Below, one piece after another: positions 1 to 15,853 of a stretch of 64,000 bases of DNA. Every line of letters starts with the position of its first letter. Within the stretch, counting starts at the first letter, position 1. This DNA is from Schmidtea polychroa (Eukaryota), in contig CM097885.1 in NCBI GenBank assembly GCA_044892525.1, forward strand, positions 15,688,001 through 15,752,000, in the 5' to 3' direction. Under the pieces are notes generated by a model. The model had not been told where the DNA came from, did no database searches, and saw only the letters and a program-made list of their open reading frames with translations. The position numbers and the translations under genes are program-made.

Positions 1-597
1 GAATTGTTATTCCGTTTTCAGCAGCTAATCTTGAAACAATCTCACTTAAACTTTGCCGTTTAACAAAATCCATCATCGTATTTCCTTTGATTTTCTTGAA
101 GTTTTGCTCTTGCTCACCCAAAACGGATTCATCATTATCCCGTTTACAATAGATTTGTGTACCATTTTCAGATGGTTTAGCATACCACCCGTGTTTCCAT
201 TACTATTTGAAATAAAAACTATTTACTTTAAAAACTGAACTTTGGCAAATTTTTTATTGGTAGAAGGAATTTTTAAAAATATTCCCAAACAGGAGCTGAT
301 GGTGCCATGGGCTAAATAGTAGTACAATATAAATTTAATACAAGTTTTACGGTAAAAAATAAATTAATCATAATTACCTGTGATTATTTTCAATTCTTTG
401 ATTTGAGAGCTTTTAACAATTTCGCAATAACTAATTATATCGATTTTTCATTCTATTTAAAATTTTATTCTATACATAATTTAAAATAATTTTCACTATC
501 CGGTAATCGCGAGTGTATTTGAGCGGATACCGAATACGGATTTTTGTCTGCAAATTCGCGGATATCGGATACGGATTATCCGAACTGTCAAACTCTA
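1..597 (-). mobile_element. Degenerate hAT DNA transposon end plus N-terminal transposase fragment
   Basis: Minus strand begins TAGAGTTTGACAGTTCGGATAATCCGTATCCG with CGGATA subterminal repeats. A minus frame near 1-110 reads FVKRQSLSEIVSRLAAENGIT, which resembles hAT N-termini. Stop codons are present. Confidence 0.45.
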
Positions 598-1928
598 AAT
601 ATAGGCTATATATTACACGTATAGAATACAATATCACCGAAATAACACACATAGAATATAATACACCGAAACCTCCAGCTATAATATAATAACTGGTATA
701 ATAATAGCTATAATAGGGATGATCATTGCCGTGGTCGTTGCCAACGGTAGACAACCCAAATCCACTAGGTATTCATCATCATCTACTTGCCTACCATGGA
801 CCATTATCAGGTATATACCTGTAGTTTTATCGGTAGCAATCACATCTCTCCTCAATATTCTGACTTTGATATAACAGTTAAAAATCATTGTTAATGGTTC
901 TTTTCCAACCATTCGCACGTCCAGATTAATGTTGCCTTGATTGTTAGGCTGACTTCGGATTGTTTTCCCATTTCTCCTCATCAACGCTTCGATTTGCGTC
1001 TGAAATGGGCTTGTTTCTTTTACCACTGGTAGTATAATTGGAATTATTGCTACCAACAAATCTACTGGTATTCGTAATACTAACATCCAGTCTAGTATTT
1101 CTTTTATGGTTTCTCCGTCTCATGGAGAATTTTGTAATTCTAACCCTTGTCGTTGGGATAATTGTTGAGTTTCCTCCAATCTCTCAATTTCCATCTAAGT
1201 AATTAAGAATATACTGTCTTGATACATTACCGCCACTGGCTTCGGTGCTGTCTTTGTTGTGAGCTTCGTCACTCTACCGAGGAGTATCCCGTTCTGTAGA
1301 AGTGTTTGGTTTGCTTCTAGTTTTATTCCACATAAGTACAAGTCATATCATTGATGCTTAATACTTGTCAATGTCTCTGTTAATTTATCTGCTCGACATC
1401 TTGCATTTATATCGAGAATATACTCTTTATCCTGAGGGAGTTTTATATTGAGCTAAGCATCTTGGAGATCTCACTCATTCTCCATGATTTCTTCTAATAT
1501 CCTTAGGATTTTATATGTGTCGTTATGATGCATTGGGTCATCTTCAATCTGCGATATCAGCTTCACTAATGTATCAATGAAAAATATTTATTTTGATATA
1601 TTTTTAATTTGTATTTGTCGTTAAAAATGTTAAAATTTTACATTTCTGTATCAAATTGTAATTTAAATAATTTTGTAATATTTAAAATAAATAAGAAAAA
1701 AATTAGCATTAATAATATTTTGAATTGCTCTAAAAGCTAAAGAACAATATTTATAAAATGTTTGTTTCTCTACTTCAAAATACAAATTATAAATATTGAA
1801 ATTGTAAACGTCAGAGGAAATAATTAATATAATAAGTATGATTATTGAAATGTTGTAAAATGTTGAAATATTTTGATAATTTTGTTAATTTTAGAGTTAA
1901 TTTTATAGTTTGTTAATTTTATAGTTAA

Positions 1929-3525
1929 ATGTTGGCAAGCGTATGGGAAATGATGAAGAGGAAAGAATTTGAATTTGATAATGAAATCAGCAGTGAATTG
2001 ATATGCAGAATTTGCAAATGTTTAATGATAAAAGCTTGCCATGCTCCTTGCGTTTGTGGCTTTTGTTCTGATTGCATTGAAAATTATTTGGATGGAAAAG
2101 ATAAATTCTGTCCAGGAGCAGCAAAACATTGTAGAAAGAAAATGATCAATTTCAATAAAGATGTTTCTGAAGATCATGCAGCTAATTTAAGGATTTCAGA
2201 AGTGGTAGTGAGATTCCCAATGCAAAATTGTCAATTTAAAGATGAATTAGAGGTGATGGAGAGCCACATGAGAACATGCAACAAGCAACCAATAAAATGT
2301 TTATTCAATAGAATCGGATGCGAAATGAATGAGGTGGTAAAGGATGAAATGAAAGTCCATCTCATTGAGAACACTGAAGGCCATAGCAAATTATTGATTG
2401 ATCAGATCAGTAATTTGTGCAATGAGATGCAAGCAATGAGAGACGAGAATGTGACATTGTGTAATGAAATTATCAATATCAATGTAAAATTGTATTTGCA
2501 ATTAATTTTATTGATATTTAGGATTGGAGGTGAAATTGTGCAATATTGAAAAGAAAGAGACTGAAAACAGAGAAGATATAGAAGAATTGAATGAGGAAAT
2601 GGTGGCATTGAAGAATGAGAACCGCTCATTGAGAATGGATATGGAGACAAATATTGGATCAATCAATCAGGTTTGATTATTGATTTGATTTGATATTGAT
2701 ATGTTATTGATGGAAAGCAGGTCAGACAGCAAATTGAAGTGATTGAATCAAAATGTCAGCAGCAAATTGATGAGATGAAAGAGAAATGCGAGCAGCGGCT
2801 GCAACAGGTGAATGAAAAGGTGATTTATTGATTTATTGAAATGTTTGAATTTGAGATTCAGTTGCAGCTTGAAATGGCGAAATGTGCCAATGAAATTCGG
2901 CGGAATGAAACAAAATGTCAACAGCAAATTGATGAGATGAAAGAGAAATACGAGCAGCGGTTGCAACAGGCGAATGAAAAGGTGATTTATTGATTTATTG
3001 ACATATTTGAATTTGAGATTCAGTTGCAGCTTGAAATGGCGAAATGTACCTATGAAATTCGGCAGATTGAAACAAAATTAGCAAATGAAAAATATGTAAA
3101 TTACGGATTTTTTGAATGGGAAATCGATAAATTTTCACAACAAAAGAGAAGTAAAAATATTTACAACAAAAGCGTTTTTTTCGGGACTAATCGGTTACAA
3201 AATTTGCTTGTGGGTGCTGATTGATGGTAATTGGGGTATTGGGGCTGGTTTCTGTTTGGTGCGTGGGGCAAATGATGAGCAATTGGATTGGCCGTTCAAT
3301 CAATCCGTGACAATCGATGTGATCGATCCAGCAAATGGCAACATTTATATGAGGAAGTCAATGAAATATTCAGATAGCCCTCTTGATGCAGCTGGATGGA
3401 GGAAACCTTCACACGACAGAAATAATTCAATTGGTATTTATTATTATCCTGATGCCAGCTCAATCTATAAATTAGCAGCCAAAAGTAATAAATTGCTGCT
3501 CAGGAGCAGAATTGAAAAATTATGA
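1929..3525 (+). pseudogene. TRAF-family paralog 1 (RING, 2 TRAF zinc fingers, coiled coil, MATH), probably frameshifted
   Basis: RING CRICKCLMIKACHAPCVCGFCSDC..CP and MATH motifs FFEWEIDKFS, GYKICL, RGANDEQLDWPF. Phase-0 introns of 42-50 nt. An extra A in an A-run near 3165-3171 splits the MATH domain across two ORFs. C>F change in the first zinc finger (RFPMQNC). Confidence 0.85.
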
Positions 3526-6500
3526 CAAATTTAAAAAAACATTTATATAAAAAATTGATTTATTTTGGGTTTTGATTTGTTTTATTATTTGCCTTTTTAT
3601 TATAGCAAATTGCCGATTGCAATATCAATAATATTGCAAAATCAAAAATATTTAATATAAATAATTATTTTAATTAAATTAATAATTAATTTGAAATTAA
3701 ATTTAAATTCACCCGATTATAAGCGCTGACAAATCGCCTCAACAAATCAAACGCTCCTATGACGAGTGAAACCGACGAGAAAACCGCCGCTGATGTTATA
3801 TGAGTTTTGGAGAAATTATTGTTGCATTGAATGGCAATAAAATGCACTTAAATGCAATACTAAAACTGTTATATCAAATTGATAAATGCCTTAACATTTC
3901 ACTAGCTATTTCTGAGGCATTTAAACGGAAATCCGCAACAGCAATGCTGACAAAATGTTCGAAAATTGCTTTCACATCTGTTTGGGTAGTAATTGTATTT
4001 GTACTGAGATCCTTTTTAAGTGCTAGTGACCTGATTTAATATTAAATAATGTAACATTTCATAAATTTATTCACTTTTTCATTCGCTAAATTTTCAAATT
4101 AAAACAAAAAAAGATTTCATGTAAATTAATATTTAAATTCACAAATTTTGATACATTTTATGAATGAATTTTACTTATTAACAAACAACGAAATTTATCT
4201 TGAAATCTTGAAAATATTTTGGAATTATTTGAAAATATTATTCACTTATTTGAAATTATTTTGGAACCTGGATTAATTAGGTACATCAGAAGTTGAAGGT
4301 TGTTAAAGTCAAACTTACAAGTTTTGGGATCAGTGGCTTAACCAATGAGGTGGGTTAAGGGGGTTAAACCTCCCATTGGTTTTTAATTGTACAAATATTT
4401 GTCGATGTCAAGTGCCTAAAAGATCATCCATCTACATAAGAAAAAAACAAGACACTTACTATATTTTATTGTAAATATAATACTGTGACATATGTCTGTA
4501 CTTTGTAGTCTATACTCTCAGTTAAATTTTATTTTGGCTATTTTTTTCTGATGTTCAATACGTATCTCCGTACTTTATGGAGTAAGCGAATGACGTCATT
4601 ATTACAGACACCCCTATCATGAAGGTCTTAGTGCCTTCGACACCCTCAAAAGTCAACGCTTGAAATGATTGACCATATTATTAATAAATATTTCTCAACT
4701 CCAATCCCCTCACATTCATAAATTCCTGGTTACGTTGGAATATTAAGAGTTTTGGTTGGCAAATAACTCAGAATTTGGCAAGTATGTTTTTTTAATGTCT
4801 TAGTAACTGATAGATTTATCATTAGCTCTTACTTAAACGCCTCAATGGATATTTTACATTTTACCATAAATATACCCATGCCAACCACCTTATTTCGAAT
4901 GTACACAGTAGTTGAAAATCATTTAGCAGGTGAGCTCAATTTAGAAAGATGGGTTACGAGTTGGGAGAACAATTTATGCTTATCCTTGCAAATGTAGGCC
5001 TTTTCCTGCCGTTGCTTACACTTTACCGTATTTCATTCGTAACTCCGCATAACTATTGATTTTACCGCTAAATGCCCATCGCAAGCGACACTGGTGTTTT
5101 AATTTAGTTGGTCACCATCAACTAAAGGTGGAACTTTCACAAAAACTGAAAAAGCACACACTTTAATGAAACAACCACAACTCCTTTGCTCTACGCATTG
5201 CAATATCAGTCTGAACCCTTTGAAGGAATTAATCTCCCTACGGAAGATGTCCGTGTCTGGTACTCTCGATTCGAAAATATATCGTTATCACTAAGTTTAA
5301 TTCTTCTTTGCTTGTTCTTTCTAGATTATCTCTTTTCGTTTCTTCGACCTACTGGCGTTTCTGTTTACTTGCAGGTCGCCTTTAAACCCTTCGGGTAATT
5401 TGATTGTCCTTGGCAAATTATTTTGGATCCATTTTTAACGGTGATTGGAAGTCGAATTTTATGAATCAGAGTGAAGGGAAATTTGCAATAGTTGGGGAAA
5501 ATCGAACATAATATTCCAAATACAAATTTATCCTGCATAGTGAAGTGAAATGAGGTATGACATAGAATGGAACCAGATGAGTCAGTAGATAATAGGTTTC
5601 AAATAAAATCCAGTACTTCGTTATGTCGGCTAATGCAATTAATATCAGTGAAATCGTACTAATTCCAAACGAAGATCGAATATTGCTCCTGCCGGGCTGG
5701 AAACCGAGGTAATCAAAAAACTTTTGTAAATTTAAATTTTCCATAAATTAATTAAAGATAACCCTGTATTAACATAAATTGAGGTAATCAACCAAATGTA
5801 AGGAAAATAAAGAATAAAATAGAGGAAAAATAATAGAATAAATCAAAAATTAAAACAAGTCACTAAAATAAAATAAATAATAAACAAGTCGCAAACAGAC
5901 AAAAGTACATAACCATATCCGACAAGCAAAGAAAAAATAATTAGAAAGAATAAAAATAAATACCAGAAAAACAAAATATTACTAAACGAATAAATTATAA
6001 TCAAAAAACAAAGAATAAAATACTAAATCAGGATCCAATAAAAAGCAGGAGAAAATGTGAAAATTAAATTATTTAATAAATTATCAAAAGAAAAAGATAA
6101 ATAACCTGGAAAAAGAACTTAAAAATAAGAAAAAACACAACTTCACACAACAGCTGGATCCTGATTAGACAAAAATTACTATATAACGAAAACACTTTAT
6201 TGATTCCCTCAGTTCTAACAAACTTCATACAGGAACCAATTCAGCATCACTCTCATTGATCTATTACTTGATTCTTATATTATATCGCAGCAAATTTTCA
6301 GAATTTTTATCAATCAGACAGGAAAAGAGAAATGTAAATTTTCGTTTATTATTTATGTACAAGTAGCATTATAATTTATTTGGATAAATATTATGATAGT
6401 TTTTAAATGTCTCACTTTTATCTTCACAATACGAATTTTTATGTTGAGATCCAGCGATGACACCGTTCTACGATTATGAGGGTTAGAATGCGAAAAGCCG

Positions 6501-8259
6501 AACCGGAATGACTGAGGAAAATTAAGAGCATACATTGATTCCACCAGTGAGGAGAAGAGGAGAATGCATAAGTAGGAGAGAGAAATTCGGAAGGATTATA
6601 TTGAGTCACAGGATTCACGTCAAATAGAAATCAAGGACAGATAATATCGAGGCTGGTAGGAGATTGCAGATTGCAGATCGGCAAGCTAAGGAATTACTCC
6701 ACAAATGCGATGAGATAGGAATTGATTGTACGAATTACGACAACTTGGGAATGGAATCATTAGAGGAAACGGAGTATGAGATGTATGGGTAGGTTGAGTA
6801 GCAATGGTCGACAAATGAGGAATGAATTGTTATTGAGGTAGGAAGGAGTGTGAGGTATAATTTCCATTCTGAGAAGGGTGTAATCGCTGAATTCTAGAGT
6901 CGATTCGATTTATTTTAATTATTCCTGAATTTGAGAGTTGATTGAATTTATTATGATTATTCATCTATAAAGATATAGTATGACCCGTTTCTGAGGGTCG
7001 TTTGGCAATTGCTGACACTTGTGTCGGTAGTTACCAGATGATTTTCACAGATGGCGAAAATGACCAAATCGTGTAAATAGAGTTGATTTTTCGTTGAGTG
7101 GTAACTCTCCACGGTAGTAATGGGCTCAATTCGCGGATTCGAATAAGAATAAATACTTCTACCTTTCAACCGGCTACTACGAAAATTAGTCCCGTAATTG
7201 AAATCACAATACCGTTATCACATTCGATTTTCTGTTATAGGCACTTATATGAACCTAACATCAGTTGAGAAAGCTTTGACATTTCCATCAGTGAATGCCA
7301 CTTTTAAGCGTTTGATTTCTTTCACTTCGATAGGTCAAGTTTCTTCGACAGTCCGTTAGCATCAACAATTGCGAGAATTTCACGGTGATAGAATAGGCAT
7401 TGGAATCCTTATCTGTAGGACAACATCCGGTGTACACAACACTCCACAAAATTTCACCTTGGCAGACTTGTAGGATCTAAGTTTCTTGCTATCATAAACA
7501 TTCATAAACAGGAAGTCGACAATTCGTCTCGATAAATCTGACACACATAAACAATCAAAGTGAAGTTACGAGACATGACAGACAAATAGTCGAACCCAAG
7601 AATTCCTACTGAAACGGCTGCTTTGAATTAATCATAAACCCATCAGGTTAGTTTACTTTAATTGTCTAAGGCAAGGGTGGCCAACAATTGCATTACATAC
7701 CCATTATTCCCCCTTAGACTACCCCTATGACAATAAGTCGATATCGACACACTCTTAAGAAAAAAATTAGATCTTTTATACAGAAAAGCTGGACACCGCT
7801 GGTTTAAGTGATTTACTACGACCGCAGTACATGTCAAGTATATAAATATAACATAAACATGCAATTTCACAAGATCGACAAATAAATTGACTAAATTAAT
7901 TAAAGTAAATGCGTGAGAAAAATGTTTTTCGTTATTAAAACATATCGAGATGAGAAAGAATAGTCACAAACATCATAAAGGTGTGTCGACGTTTTATCCA
8001 AGGGAAGAAACTGCCCAAAATTTTCTTACACCGTTTTTGTTTTCGAAGTAATTAAAATTTCTGTCCACGGACCCCTTGTCCAAATTCCACCTTGGCAGAC
8101 TTGTAGGACATTGTAGTCGGCTTCCCATCGTAAAATTTGGTCCCCAAAAGCAACTTCCGAGATTTTTTAAATTAAATTTTAATGGATTTTTAAATTTTTT
8201 TAAAATAAATGAATTGAAATAAATTTCTTTAATTTGAATCTGTTTACTATTTCATAAAT

Positions 8260-8285
8260 GGTGCAGCACCGGGTACCCCAGCTAG
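8260..8285 (+). mobile_element. Helitron-like 3' terminus
   Basis: GC-rich GGTGCAGCACCGGG hairpin followed by CTAG then T; resembles the end at 53524-53552. Confidence 0.45.
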
Positions 8286-9045
8286 TAATTAATATAATAT
8301 GTTTGATGGGCCTGCATTGAATGTATAAAGTTGCCAGCAATGCTTATATTTTGAACGACGATAATTTAAACAAAAAGAAAATCCCATAAATTTAAAGATA
8401 TATTTATGACATGTTAAAAGCTTTAGTTAATTTAAATATAAAATTATTTCAATCAATTGTTACAGTCGGAATTCGGTTCAACAATATCAAAAAGAATAAA
8501 GTGCAGACGGTACAAACGCGTGTCACTATCTTATCATTTTACGCCTTTATTGACACTCCTGGCTAAGGAATTTATATTTGGGAAAAAGATGAAAGTATGA
8601 AACTATTTCTATTTTGGGACAGAATTTAGGAACCAAGTTGGTTTTAATATAATAATTATCCAGCAAAGGTGAAATAAAAGAACCTAGACAATTATAGGCA
8701 ATGCGTGACGTTAAACAAACAACAAATTAAAAATATTTACCATTTCAAAGACATTGGTTATTTCGAAATACAATTCATCATTTCTACTATCCTTTTCTTC
8801 GGTAATGGAGATCTCTTCAAACTGACCATCAAGGTCCAGCAATTCCTGAGGGGGTGCAGCATAATTCGGTACATCATCTGTCATAATAGAAAACGATTCA
8901 ATTAATAAAAATATATTTACCTATTTATATAGCATAGTTGTAGTGGACTATTTCTGGCATTGTGACAAATTCAATGTTGAAATTCAATTCTTTGAGTTCC
9001 AATTTTAATAGATCCTGGGGGATAAATAAAAAAAACAAAATATCA

Positions 9046-10353
<1,308 letters not shown>

Positions 10354-10371
10354 TGGTAGCAGAGCGTGGTT
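10354..10371 (+). promoter_or_regulatory. Primer-binding site, tRNA-iMet type
   Basis: TGGTAGCAGAGCGTGGTT directly after the LTR CA; complementary to the animal initiator tRNA 3' end (..CTCTGCTACCA). Confidence 0.85.
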
Positions 10372-13300
10372 CCGGCTAGCCAGCCGGAACAAGGTAATAG
10401 ATGATTATATAATGTATTTTTTGTATTTACGTGATTATTTTGTGAATTATTTTATGAATTATAATATGTGTTATATTTTTATTGTTGAAACATTTCCCCT
10501 AGGGCCTGCCCTCCCTAACCCCATTAGAGGTGGATTGGCGCGGGTATTTGTCAAAATAATAACAGGGAAGACAATTACTCTCGAAGTTGAATCTAGTGAC
10601 ACGATAGAAAATGTTAATGCGAAAATACAAGATAAAGAGGGTAGTCCACCTGACCAGCAACGATTAATTTGCGCGGGAAAACCATTAGAAGATGAGCGAA
10701 CATTATCTGATTATAATATTCAAAAGGAGTCTACTTTGCGTTTAGTTTTGCGATTGAGGGGTGGAATGCAAATATTCGTGAAGACACTGACAGGAAAAAC
10801 AATAACTTTGGAAGTAGAATCAAGTGATACTATTGAGAATGTAAAGGCTAAAATTCAAGAAAAAGAAGGGATACCCCCAGGGCGACAAAGACTTAATTTT
10901 GCCGGGAAAGTATTAAAAGATGGCCTAACGTTGTTAGATTATAACGTTAGGAAAGAAGCCACGGTACATCTGGTTTTGGGGCTGGCAGGGGGAAGTCCAG
11001 TATCAGATGCGGAGTTCGAGGCGGGGTACAAGAGACGAACCGGGTGGAAGATTTCGTTAGGGCGTCTACGTAACCGGGCCTTAGGAGATGGATCGGACCC
11101 TGGGGAAGATCAAAGGAGAATGGAGGCTTACGAAGATATGTATGAGGAAGTCATAAACGAATTGGAGGACCTGAGGAATAATGCTCGGGAGTTAGGGCGG
11201 GAGAAAGAAGAAAAGGAAATTGAGGCAGATCTGAAACGGTTAGAAGCGGATTTCAGCAGAATCGGCGATCTGGTCCTCACGCAGAAGGAAGAGAGTTTTA
11301 GAGTAGAGTCGCGGAAGGGCACAGAAAAATCATTTAGGAGCGAAGAGCCCAATGAGAAACAGAAGTGCATAATGGGTTTGAAACCCTTGCAGCTGCCGAT
11401 CTTTAATGGAAAGGTAATAGAATATCCTGGATGGAGGGCAATTGTGAGAGCCTGCATCGAGGACACGGATGAGCCGAGTGAAAGAAAGTACTTGTACCTG
11501 AGACAGTACTTGGAAGGGAAGCCGCTGCAATTAATTGCCTATATTGGATATGGCTCGCAGGCTTTCGAGGCGGCGATAAAATTACTTGATGAAAGGTATG
11601 GGGGACCAGAAAGATCCTATTCCATGATGCTGGATGCGGTGCAGAGGTTCTTCCCAGTGAGGCTCAACGTCTTGGAGGACCTAGAGCGGTTTGAAGAGCT
11701 GCTAGGAAACCTCATCCTGAATTTCAAGGATCAGAAGAGGGAAGGCGAGTTAAACAACGGGATGTTGTATCACCAACTGCTGAAGAAGCTGCCAGAGACC
11801 ATGCTGATTCAGTGGTCACGCCATTGTGATTCGGGGAGAGAGGGAAATGTGCAAACGCTAGCCGAGTGGATCAAAACGGAAGCTAATAGGCATCGGCAAG
11901 CAATGAGCATTCTGTTTGGAGAAGGGCGGGCAAAAGGTAGAACTGTCGCCCCAACAACTAACTTCGGAAATGCGAATAGGGGCACGAAGTTAACGGATAG
12001 TAGGCGCAAGATAGAGGTTAGCAGTGCTCGAAAAAAGGAACCAATTTGTGTGAAATGTGGTTCAGAACATTATTTAAATCAATGCTCAGAGTTCCTAAAG
12101 CTGACTGTTAAGGAACGAAATGAGTTTGTGACCAAGAAGCGGCTTTGTTACAATTGTCTTACAACAGCTCACATGGTTAGAGAATGCGAAAAACCGAGCT
12201 TTTGTAAGGACAGAGATTGTACTCGAAAGCATCACAATTTGCTCCATGGCTCAGAGAACAAAGTTGATGGAGATCAAGAGCCGAGCAATGAGAACACATC
12301 AATGATGACGGTTCAAGATACACAGAGGAAGAAGATGTATGTTCCTTTACGAACGATTACAGCAAAGTTGATTAATAAAGGAAAGGCGGTCAAGATCAAC
12401 GCATTGCTAGACGACGCTAGCAATGTTAGCTATATTAGCGATTGGGCGGCGCAAGAACTGGGGTTGGGAGGACAGTGGCAAAGCACTCCAGTTGGCGTGA
12501 TTGGTGGACAATCACAAATGTTGGAAACGAAGCCCGTGACGCTATTATTGGCAAGCAACAATAACAATTTAAAGGTAAATTTGAACGTCCTGGTGGTAAA
12601 AAAGGTCACTGGAGACCTGGGAATGTGTAACTGGAGGAAGTTATCGGCGAAATGGAAGCATCTGCGATATATAAACTTCCCGGTTATGAATACAAGGACG
12701 CAGATTGATGTATTGATTGGTTCTGATTACCCATATCTACATCGATCTATTTGCGAAGTAACAGGAGCAAAGCATGAACCAATTGCAAGGTTGACGCCCC
12801 TCGGATGGACATGTCTTGGTAGGATTGCAAGAAATCAAGCTCCAAGATGTTCGCATTTGGCTCAGAGTTATTTTGCGGTAACGGAAATGTTAAACGACGG
12901 AGAAATGATTATTCATGATGTAGATAATTCTGAAGAAATGGATTATATTAAAGAATGGGATAAAAACGATGAAACACATGAAAACAAAAAGGCTAGCGAA
13001 GATGGAGATAGGGAAAGCAATGAATGTGAGAATTTACAATCTAGCGATATTATAAATCAAGATGGAATAGAGCAAAATCGAGTCAATGAGAACGAGAATA
13101 ATTATTCTGAATTTGTAAAAAGTAATACTGAACTATTAGGCAAAGCTTTTGATAAAGGAGACCAAGTTACAGCAGATGAGTTAGAAAATATTGTCAAAAG
13201 TCACAATCAAGAAGAAAATTTTGAAAGTAAATATGATGAAACTGAAGTAGATGTGTCAGACAAGAATGAAAATTATAATAGTCATGTAGGCACAGAGGTT

Positions 13301-13857
13301 GTCGACATTAATGTTATCGAAAGACCGAATTCTTTGGTAGAAGATAATTTTCAAAACATGGAAGACGTAGTTAATGTTCAAACGGATTCTGCTTCTTCAG
13401 AAAATCATTTAGAAACTGATCGAATTATGCCAGATTCTGAGAGCAATGACAGTGATCTTAGAGTCGATATTGGTAAAGATCATACATCCGACACAGCTAA
13501 AGATTCTGAACAAAATACATTCACTCAACCAACGTCTGCTTTAGATGATATCATTGAAGACTATTCACCTGGTTCCCCTTTATTAAATGAGATGCAACAG
13601 GGAAAAGTGGGGACTATTGAATTGGTGAAACATGCAGGAAGGATAATGGAGATATTGCAGCGAAACAGAATGAAAAGTGGCAGGGGCTTGGTCGAGTATG
13701 GCGATGGTGGGAGGAGAATCCACCATGATGTATCCAGAAAAGTGCGTGGTGCGGTGGCCTTTACCATAGCAAGATGGGTGTGTGAGGGGTATTGGAGAGA
13801 GGCAAAAGGAAAGGTTCCCCTGAAGTAATTGGGTGGTTGATCCGCTAGAAGGGATCA

Positions 13858-13870
13858 AGGAGGGGGGAAA
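13858..13870 (+). promoter_or_regulatory. Polypurine tract
   Basis: AGGAGGGGGGAAA abutting the TG of the 3' LTR. Confidence 0.88.
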
Positions 13871-14735
13871 TGTTTCGACCAGTCAGAGGGGGATTGCCTC
13901 TGACTGGCATTTATTCGGTTTCTTTTTCTATCGCGTCTGTGTGCGCGGTCTGGTTAGACCGAATATTGTTGGTGTGCGCACACAGACGCGAGCAATGGAT
14001 TGTTGTTTGGAAGTAGGTTTTGATGTAATTTTTTATTGAATTGATTTTTGATGTATTTTAATTAGAAATTCGAGATTTGAATGGATTGTTTTGTGGTTTA
14101 AAAAAGGTAAAATTCTGGAAGGGAGGAAACCAGTTTTGTTTATTGAAATAAGTTTTGGAATCGAAATGTTTGAAGAAGAAGATGTTGATTACAAATTTAT
14201 TAAAGCTTATGATGTTCCAAACCAAGATCTTATTTCTTATTTCGATGAAACCCGTGAATTCATTGAAAATGGCAGAAAATTTGGTGGAGTATTGGTTCAC
14301 TGTCTTGCTGGAAGATCAAGAAGTGGAACTATTTTGACGGCTTATTTAATGAAACATTTTAAAGTTGGTCCAAACGATGCGATTGAGACAATTAAGGAAA
14401 AGTCATTTATATGTCCAAATGATGGATTCATGAAACAATTAAAGATATATTTCAACATGAATTGCAGTGATGAAATCAACAAATGCGCAAATACAGTTTC
14501 TCAAGCTCAATTTAAGTTATCAGCATCTTCAAAAGATTTAGTTCAATTCAAATGTAGAAAGTGTCGATTTTTATTATTCGACAATTCAAGTGTTGTTGAG
14601 CACAGTAAAATGAAAGCTTCGAAAGCAATAAATGAAAGCACAATTTGCAATGAGGAAATACTTATCGAAGCTCTTCCTTGGATTGATAGCAGCAATGCAG
14701 ACGGGGAAATGAAAATGACAGTGTTAAAGAATAAA

Positions 14736-14738
<3 letters not shown>
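13871..14738 (+). repeat. 3' LTR with a second DUSP12-like copy; last ~26 bp missing
   Basis: Matches the 5' LTR except for a 16-bp indel and one SNP seen (T9918/C14329). Runs into (ATT)n right after AATAAA. Confidence 0.92.
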
Positions 14739-14930
<192 letters not shown>

Positions 14931-15611
14931 ATAACAGTCTCATATTATATTTTAAACAATTTAAATATTATTTGGAATATTTTATAAGATACAATAATAT
15001 GAGTTATTTCATTTTATTCATATTTGTTTGTGTGCTAAATTTCATCTTTTTACAAAAACATTTTCTCAATAATAAACTATTGTTTAGATTATATTATATG
15101 AAAGCGAAACAATTTTTTATTTCTCTTTCATCTGTAACAATAAAGTTAATTTCGACCAAATTATATTAATTATTAATTAAAATTATTTTTTTCAATTTAT
15201 TTAATTTGTTCTTTCCATTTGCTATACTCATGGCCTCGATAATGTAAGTTGATGTGATAAAGCTGTATTTATCTTATTAAATTTGCATTCATTTAAACAA
15301 ACTACCTGATGAGACATAAAATGGACAAAATCATTGTACTAAGTACTAGTCCAGCTTGCTGGAATGCTTTAGGCAATGCCAAAGCTCTAGAGCCAACGAT
15401 GAGATTGAATACAAAGATGCATCCGGTCTGTAACAGAAAGAAAACTCTTCATAAAACCAAAAATAAATGATGCGTAACAAACCCATCTGGAATAAGTGGC
15501 TGTCGGCATTTCAATTTATTTTTATTTCGAATATTAATCTAGTCTAAAAAATAAATTTTTGTAAAGTCTTCATTAATAAAATCCTGCTGATTTATATGAA
15601 CTTTCTCCGTT

Positions 15612-15853
15612 AAATTTGATGATTTAAACAAAACGGGTAATATAATGATTTAATAAAATTAATTATCTTTTAATAAATAAAATGCAATAATTTGATTAAA
15701 TAAAATTAGTTCTCTATTTCTATATATTTTCAAATTTGATGATTTAAACAAAACGGGTAATATAATGATTTAATAAAATTAATGATCTTTTAATAAATAA
15801 AATGCAATAATTTGATTAAATAAAATTAGTTCTTTATTTCTATATATTTTCAA
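15612..15853. repeat. Tandem duplication of a 120-bp unit upstream of the TMEM104-like start
   Basis: AAATTTGATGATTTAAACAAAACGGG recurs at a 120-bp period. Confidence 0.9.

Noticed and set aside
679..1560. Minus-strand ORF with a possible decayed zinc knuckle
   Set aside because: Probably a retroelement relic but too degenerate to classify.
11128..12009. Antisense ORFs over Gag, and similar ones over TRAF and integrase
   Set aside because: Shadows of the real coding strand; no motifs.
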